Below the pieces are notes generated by a model. That model was not told the origin of the DNA, did no database searches, and worked only from the letters and a program-made list of their open reading frames with translations. Both the position numbers and the translations under genes were made by a program. Source: Paludibacteraceae bacterium (GTDB lineage: Bacteria; Bacteroidota; Bacteroidia; Bacteroidales; Paludibacteraceae). From it: a DNA stretch of 64,000 nucleotides. Shown piece by piece: positions 59,204-64,000 of the stretch. Position 1 is the stretch's first letter, and each line of letters begins with the position of its first letter. The stretch spans positions 2,733-66,732 of the forward strand of contig JAZRXL010000040.1 in NCBI GenBank assembly GCA_045600225.1, read 5' to 3'.

Positions 59204-59791
59204 CTACACGATCCGCTTTGTTTCAATCACCCTATCTCCTCCTCCTATGAATTTAATCACTTTTTCCTTTGACAACCCTCTTAGTTCCAATCTTCGAACT
59301 CCTGAATTAGCTGCTGGATCTTCCAATTGGTTAAGTACCTTAGCGGCAAATTTACAGTTGAGTACCGCATCATCCGCTTTAGTCTCCATCTTGGCAATAG
59401 CGTCTGACTTTGGCGTGGCAATGACTTTTACTGTGACAGGTGAATTACCAAACTGCTTAGTCATTTTATATTTCTTATACTTAACGATACGTGGTTCTCC
59501 ATTTTTATTGCATTCGGTAATCTCTTCCGTTTTGTTCATATCATCAAGCACTTCAACGATCTCCTCGCCTTGATATTCGTAGGTAGCTTTGAGAACATAA
59601 AAATCAGCTATGTCCTCGGCAATGTCTGCATAAACATCAATTACCTTGGTGTCTGCTCGTTTTGAGTTTTGGACATATTCTGACATATTGTCGAGTTCCT
59701 CCATTTCTTCGTTCTTACAAGAAACACAGAAGAAATTTGTAGTTGCAGTTAAAAGAAGAGTTGCTACTGGGAAAAAGAATTTTGTATTCAT
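59204..59791 (-). CDS. Hypothetical lipoprotein
   Basis: 195 aa. MNTKFFFPVATLLLTATTNFFCVSC lipobox. The first codons and the upstream leader closely match those of the 31271..32491 gene. Confidence 0.6.
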   Translation of the reverse strand: MNTKFFFPVATLLLTATTNFFCVSCKNEEMEELDNMSEYVQNSKRADTKVIDVYADIAEDIADFYVLKATYEYQGEEIVEVLDDMNKTEEITECNKNGEPRIVKYKKYKMTKQFGNSPVTVKVIATPKSDAIAKMETKADDAVLNCKFAAKVLNQLEDPAANSGVRRLELRGLSKEKVIKFIGGGDRVIETKRIV

Positions 59792-59866
59792 AATATTTAA
59801 ATTTTGACTGTTAGTAATCTTGTTTCGTTTTTATCATCGGGTTGTCTTATCTTTTCTATTCGTCTA
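59792..59866 (-). promoter_or_regulatory. Truncated copy of the conserved 5'-leader (copy 2)
   Basis: aatatttaaattttgactgttagtaatcttgtttcgtttttatcatcgggtt aligns with 32492..32545 and 60017..60068. It lacks the -7 box part. Confidence 0.5.
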
Positions 59867-60016
59867 CTAAATAGATAGGCAAGCCAACAAAAATATCACA
59901 ACGTAAGCGACGCCCATCGCTATCATGACTTTACGTGTCTTAGGATCTTTCATATCCTTTTCCATTTGGGGAACATCTACTGAATAAAATAAGTAGTTAA
60001 CATCATTCGTATACAT
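59867..60016 (-). CDS. Small ORF, 49 aa, single predicted TM helix (below the track cutoff)
   Basis: MYTNDVNYLFYSVDVPQMEKDMKDPKTRKVMIAMGVAYVVIFLLACLSI*. It sits directly after a full leader module. Confidence 0.35.
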   Translation of the reverse strand: MYTNDVNYLFYSVDVPQMEKDMKDPKTRKVMIAMGVAYVVIFLLACLSI

Positions 60017-60189
60017 AATCTTAAATTTTAATTGTTAATAATCTTTTCCGTTTGTGTCATTGGGTTGTCGTTTGTTCCCGTTGACAATGCAAAGGTAGGG
60101 TGACTTTCAGGGGGACGACGGACAGTTCAGGAAAAGCATACGGACAAGTTGTGAAGTTCTCATTTTGTACATTTTCACAGATTGTACAT
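60017..60189 (-). promoter_or_regulatory. Conserved promoter/5'-leader module, copy 3
   Basis: -7 box TACCTTTG (plus-strand CAAAGGTA at 60089..60096). The segment gtttgttcccgttgacaatgcaaag is identical to copy 1. TGTACA motifs at 60165 and 60182. Confidence 0.6.
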
Positions 60190-60215
60190 ATATGTAAACC
60201 ATTATAAATAAAGCA

Positions 60216-60255
60216 CATACAAAAAGAGTGTATCAAAACTCTTCATTTTGACACA
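60216..60255 (-). terminator. Terminator after the 629-aa gene
   Basis: GTGTATCAAAA...TTTTGACACAC (one mismatch), followed on the minus strand by CTCTTTTTGT. Confidence 0.5.
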
Positions 60256-60362
60256 CCCTATCTTCTTTTGAAAAAGTTGAAGGAGATTTATCTTAAAACG
60301 TAAAATTTTCTGTTTTTTCGGGATCTGATGTATTTTTTCGGAAGAATAATATTTCATCCATT

Positions 60363-62252
60363 TCACTTAACCACGACTCGATAAGGACGATCATTCACCA
60401 CTACCCAATAAACTCCTTGCTGTTGCACGAAAAACTGCGACTCGTTTCCGTTCGCACGCTTCTGTCCTTGCTTTGCCCCTTTGGCATCATATAGGCAAAG
60501 AGTCTTCCCTTTTGCATTTGTGACATGGATTGTGTTTCCGACAACATAAAGAGACACCGCATCATTCGTCACGCCTTCGATAGGCAGGTCGGTTGACTGT
60601 TCGACCGAAAGTATTTCCTCCTCATACGAGGAACAATTGTCAATGGTACAAACACGTCTTCGCAAACCCGTTTCTTCGAAAGTAGCGACTCGAGTCGTGT
60701 CCCACGGACCATACGCATGAAGATGTGATGAGAGAAGCAGCTTTTTATTCCCTAGAATACCATCATTATCGAAACGGACAGTCGGATTGGCACCCTTCTC
60801 GTAAGCCTCTTCGCTTTCATAGAGAGAAAGCAACACAGAAACGCACTTCTCAGTCGGAGCAACAGATTCAAACAAAAACTCCTTCGCCATTTCATCCTTG
60901 AACGTCCCTTTCGGGATAGAAATCGCACTTCCAAACTGGAAAATCGTCTCACCCGTAGAGTCAGCCCACTCGGCTACCAGATAAAGATCAAAGAAGCATG
61001 GCGCAACGCCTGTGTTTTTCACGGTAAGTCTTAACGTATTGGTGGATGTTTGCTCTTCCGTCACAGTCAGAAGATCCGCGCTTAAAATTCTAAAATTATA
61101 ACCGATCACTTTGGTCATGGAATCCACCGCCGACTTGTTATCATTATAAAACCGGTAGCCCGCATCACTGTCCTGATCCAGCACATAATAGGTCAAGTGA
61201 GCCGTAGTGATAACATTCTTCCAACGTTCCAAAGTCCACTTCAAGTAACCACCAGGGATCACATCGTTGTAGGTAAGCATCGTCGCATAACCTGCCAGAT
61301 TCTCCCCTATTGTAGGCAGATTGGCCTCATAAGCAGGGATCAACGTCTCTTCTCGCTTAGGAGTCGCAATCAGTCCGTCATCCCGTTTAGTGATACCAAG
61401 ACTCAACGCATGCTCATAAACGACACCCGAGCCACTGGATGGCAAGACTAACTGCGTTTTATGGAAAATGGAGGCGTAATAGGTCAGCATATCCATTTGC
61501 ACCTCTTCCGAGGGCATCTGAGTACCATTAAAGTGAGAGACATGCCACTCGCCCCAGTTGCCAAAACTGCGAACATCAATATATTCAATACGAGGGTCTC
61601 CATCATACTTTTCAGCCAGGGCAGCAGCGAACTCTTTATGGGCTTCCAAGTAAAGAGAATCATCCCAGACAGGGACAGCCAGAGTGTAGACTGTACCATT
61701 GACAGGAAGCGTGGCATAGGTTTTCTTAGCACCTGATTCATAGACGAACGAAGGAGTCCAGTCGTAATCCTGCTCAACGGTGTAGTTATTTTTTTGTCCC
61801 ATTGACGAGGAGTACGGAAAGACACGCAGAGCATATCCCATTCCATGTTTTTCGCACGCATCCAATAGTTTATCGAGATCTTTCCAATCATAGACGCCTT
61901 TCTCGGGGTTCAACTTATCCCAACGCTGATAACCCGAACCATAGGTCACCACGTTCCACGCCTGGTTATTCTTCGACCCAACCGGACTATACTCCCACTC
62001 AGGAACGAAACACCATGTGCCTCCTGTAGGAAACGTAAAACCCTTATGAGGATTAGCCAACGGTCCGTCGAAAGGCTTCATATCATAACTGTTTTTCACC
62101 GCACAAACCGTATTCGTTTGCGCGAATAAGGATGGAACGAAGAAGACTGTCACAAAGATTGAGACAACACACCTTACACAACAATTAACATACAACACTC
62201 TTTCAAGCAGAGATATTCCCCGGTTCTGCAAAAGACTCTGATCGTTTTTCAT
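60363..62252 (-). CDS. Putative glycoside hydrolase-like TIM-barrel protein (DUF4874/DUF4832-like) with a T9SS type A C-terminal domain
   Basis: 629 aa. Signal-like N-terminus, NPHKGF motif, C-terminus LCLYDAKGAKQ...GVYWVVVNDRPYRVVVK. The family names are from memory. Confidence 0.55.
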   Translation of the reverse strand: MKNDQSLLQNRGISLLERVLYVNCCVRCVVSIFVTVFFVPSLFAQTNTVCAVKNSYDMKPFDGPLANPHKGFTFPTGGTWCFVPEWEYSPVGSKNNQAWNVVTYGSGYQRWDKLNPEKGVYDWKDLDKLLDACEKHGMGYALRVFPYSSSMGQKNNYTVEQDYDWTPSFVYESGAKKTYATLPVNGTVYTLAVPVWDDSLYLEAHKEFAAALAEKYDGDPRIEYIDVRSFGNWGEWHVSHFNGTQMPSEEVQMDMLTYYASIFHKTQLVLPSSGSGVVYEHALSLGITKRDDGLIATPKREETLIPAYEANLPTIGENLAGYATMLTYNDVIPGGYLKWTLERWKNVITTAHLTYYVLDQDSDAGYRFYNDNKSAVDSMTKVIGYNFRILSADLLTVTEEQTSTNTLRLTVKNTGVAPCFFDLYLVAEWADSTGETIFQFGSAISIPKGTFKDEMAKEFLFESVAPTEKCVSVLLSLYESEEAYEKGANPTVRFDNDGILGNKKLLLSSHLHAYGPWDTTRVATFEETGLRRRVCTIDNCSSYEEEILSVEQSTDLPIEGVTNDAVSLYVVGNTIHVTNAKGKTLCLYDAKGAKQGQKRANGNESQFFVQQQGVYWVVVNDRPYRVVVK

Positions 62253-62390
62253 AACACAAATTTTGAAAGTGGAAAAATAACGCTTTTTTCACGATTCGCC
62301 AAACACTCCATCTAAGTCCCGAAAGCGACAATTTCAAAAGATGAAATAGATGAGGTGTCATACTGGACGCTTGGTTCAATCCAATTACCA

Positions 62391-62430
62391 TAAAAAAAGA
62401 GCCTCGGAAGTATCTTTCCTCCGAGGCTCT
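62391..62430 (-). terminator. Rho-independent terminator after the OmpA-family gene
   Basis: AGAGCCTCGGA...TCCGAGGCTCT 11-bp stem, followed on the minus strand by TTTTTTT. Confidence 0.8.
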
Positions 62431-62458
62431 TTACATTATTTCTCACCGATTCGTACTA

Positions 62459-63904
62459 TTACTCTACATCTTTTGCCTGATACTTATCGATGCTGATTTC
62501 GATACGTCGGTTCAACTTACGGTTCGCCTCCGAAGTATTAGGAACCAATGGTTGATTAGGACCCATTCCGACCGTTTCAATATTAGCTGGATTGATACCC
62601 TTCATAACGAGAGCAGCCTTCATCGCTTCCGCACGTTGCTTACTCAACTTGACGTTTTTCTCATAAGCACCCAAGTCACACGTATGACCCGTAACCACTA
62701 AAACACGATCTGGGTTGGAGTTCAAGAATTTCCTGATAAACTCAAGGTTTTCCTCCACTTCCGGAGTAAAGATAATATCAGCCTTACCCAAAGCGAAGTT
62801 CGCACGAATGTTCTTGCTCAACCATTGAACAGTCTCTTGTGCCTTCTGCAACTCAGCCTCTTTTTCTTTAGCTAGTCTTTCGGCCTCTTCTCTAGCAATA
62901 CGTTCTTGCTCCTCACGTGCCAGACGCTCTTGTTCGGCCTGCGCAGCTGCGATACTATCGTTGATACGTTTCTCCTCGGCCAGACGGGCCTCCTCAGCTG
63001 CTATGCGTTCAGCAATAATGGCACTACTATCAATCTTAGGGAATCCAATGGTGATACCGATCTTGACACCCGCAGATAATGTTCTAGCCTTGTCCTCCAT
63101 ATCAGAAGAGATGACTCCGATATAATTATTCGATTCTGGCTCATAAAGAGGCGTTGTTGACTCTTTAATCATGTTGGTGAATCGATATGCCACGTACGCA
63201 CCTAAGTAGAGCGACACATTATCTTTCAATACTCTTGTAAACGCCAAATCCAAGTAAGCAGAAGCACCAGCAGGGCGTAACGTCGCACGGCCTGCGAAAT
63301 AGTCCTGCACATAGAAATTATGTTGCGGCAACTTCTCGTACTCGATATTGGTATAGTCTTCAAAGAAACCTTTTGTTTCGAGAGTACCATCCACAATCTT
63401 GAACTTATTCCAGAAAGGAAGGTTAAACTTCACACCAAACCCGGTCAGGAAGTTCCACTTCTCGTTGACCTCAGTAGTGTAATAGAATCCGAAAGGAATC
63501 TCAAGATCCAACATTCTCTGTACCTCGTCCCACTCGTCGAACGTAGCAGAGTGTGAATAAGTGTGACCATTCTCAGGGTGAACGATCATCTTCTCTATGC
63601 GCAAGCTGTCATATTTACTGTGCGCATTGTAGAAGCCTAACCCGATACCGGTACCGATACCCCAATGTTTGCTAAAGTTGTAACGGTACAACAGGTTGAA
63701 ATTAGCACCTATTCCAGGCTTGTGGTCGCCACCCTGATCGGGGTTGAACTGAATAGACTGCAAACCACCACCTGCAGTAATATCCAAATTATGAACATAT
63801 ATATCCGCTGCTTGCAATGAGACGGCACTCATCAAGAGCGACATAAAAAATGAAAACGTTTTTTTCATAACTACCTTTTTCATAAACGTAGGTGTACCCT
63901 GCAT
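62459..63904 (-). CDS. OmpA-family outer-membrane protein (beta-barrel, Ala/Glu-rich coiled coil, OmpA-like peptidoglycan-binding domain)
   Basis: 481 aa. C-terminus VVTGHTCDLGAYEKNVKLSKQRAEAMKAAL...NRRIEISI. The central region is AEEARLAEEKR...EQERLAREEQERIAREEAERLAKEKEAELQKAQE. The start is probably an internal M (MKKVVMKKTF...). Confidence 0.85.
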   Translation of the reverse strand: MQGTPTFMKKVVMKKTFSFFMSLLMSAVSLQAADIYVHNLDITAGGGLQSIQFNPDQGGDHKPGIGANFNLLYRYNFSKHWGIGTGIGLGFYNAHSKYDSLRIEKMIVHPENGHTYSHSATFDEWDEVQRMLDLEIPFGFYYTTEVNEKWNFLTGFGVKFNLPFWNKFKIVDGTLETKGFFEDYTNIEYEKLPQHNFYVQDYFAGRATLRPAGASAYLDLAFTRVLKDNVSLYLGAYVAYRFTNMIKESTTPLYEPESNNYIGVISSDMEDKARTLSAGVKIGITIGFPKIDSSAIIAERIAAEEARLAEEKRINDSIAAAQAEQERLAREEQERIAREEAERLAKEKEAELQKAQETVQWLSKNIRANFALGKADIIFTPEVEENLEFIRKFLNSNPDRVLVVTGHTCDLGAYEKNVKLSKQRAEAMKAALVMKGINPANIETVGMGPNQPLVPNTSEANRKLNRRIEISIDKYQAKDVE

Positions 63905-63925
63905 CAGAGTACACCCTTGTTGTTA

Positions 63926-64000
63926 TTATCTCTTAATCTCTTTAACAGTTAAACCATCTACGTTTACCACATACGCACCGGTTGGATAAGAAGACATATT
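63926..64000 (-). CDS. 3' end of a CDS running in from beyond the window; the tail resembles a T9SS type A sorting domain
   Basis: The minus-strand frame reads ...NMSSYPTGAYVVNVDGLTVKEIKR*, with TAA at 63926..63928. Only 24 codons are visible. Confidence 0.4.
   Translation of the reverse strand, partial: NMSSYPTGAYVVNVDGLTVKEIKR

Overview
This is a 64 kb chromosomal segment that looks Bacteroidales-type: TAnnTTTG -7 promoter boxes, T9SS sorting domains, a hybrid two-component regulator and a GENNFALAA tmRNA tag. All product calls come from reading motifs in the translations; no database search was run.

The housekeeping backbone includes an msbA-like ABC exporter, purB, fabG, groES/groEL, tmRNA, rny, zapA, a heterodimeric ABC exporter pair, metG, tRNA-Arg(TCT), tRNA(CAT), uvrA, tsaC, rpmF, yceD, rsgA and frr.

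The accessory content is dominated by secreted and T9SS-cargo proteins:
- A giant ORF of at least 2158 aa on the minus strand at 1..6474. It is missing from the supplied ORF track because its stop lies outside the window. It ends in a T9SS type B sorting domain.
- An adhesin island at 9992..19236 made of two paralogous operons (775 aa + 1304 aa, and 157 aa + 572 aa).

The most unusual signals are:
1. Ten tandem 42-bp units at 18821..19236, each carrying a perfect 8-bp-stem hairpin (GGGCGAAT-GCA-ATTCGCCC). Two degenerate units sit at 12343..12425. In both places the upstream gene's TAG stop lies inside the unit.
2. Perfect FNR-type palindromes (TTGAT-N4-ATCAA) at homologous positions upstream of both island operons. 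One of them has C8 and A8 homopolymers in the spacer to the -7 box.
3. Nine near-identical 153-bp in-frame repeats inside the 1304-aa gene, encoding an unnamed Cys-containing module of about 51 aa.
4. A promoter, 5' leader and start-codon module present three times (32474..32668, 59774..59866, 60001..60189), with paired TGTACA motifs upstream.

I saw no CRISPR array, transposase, integrase or prophage.
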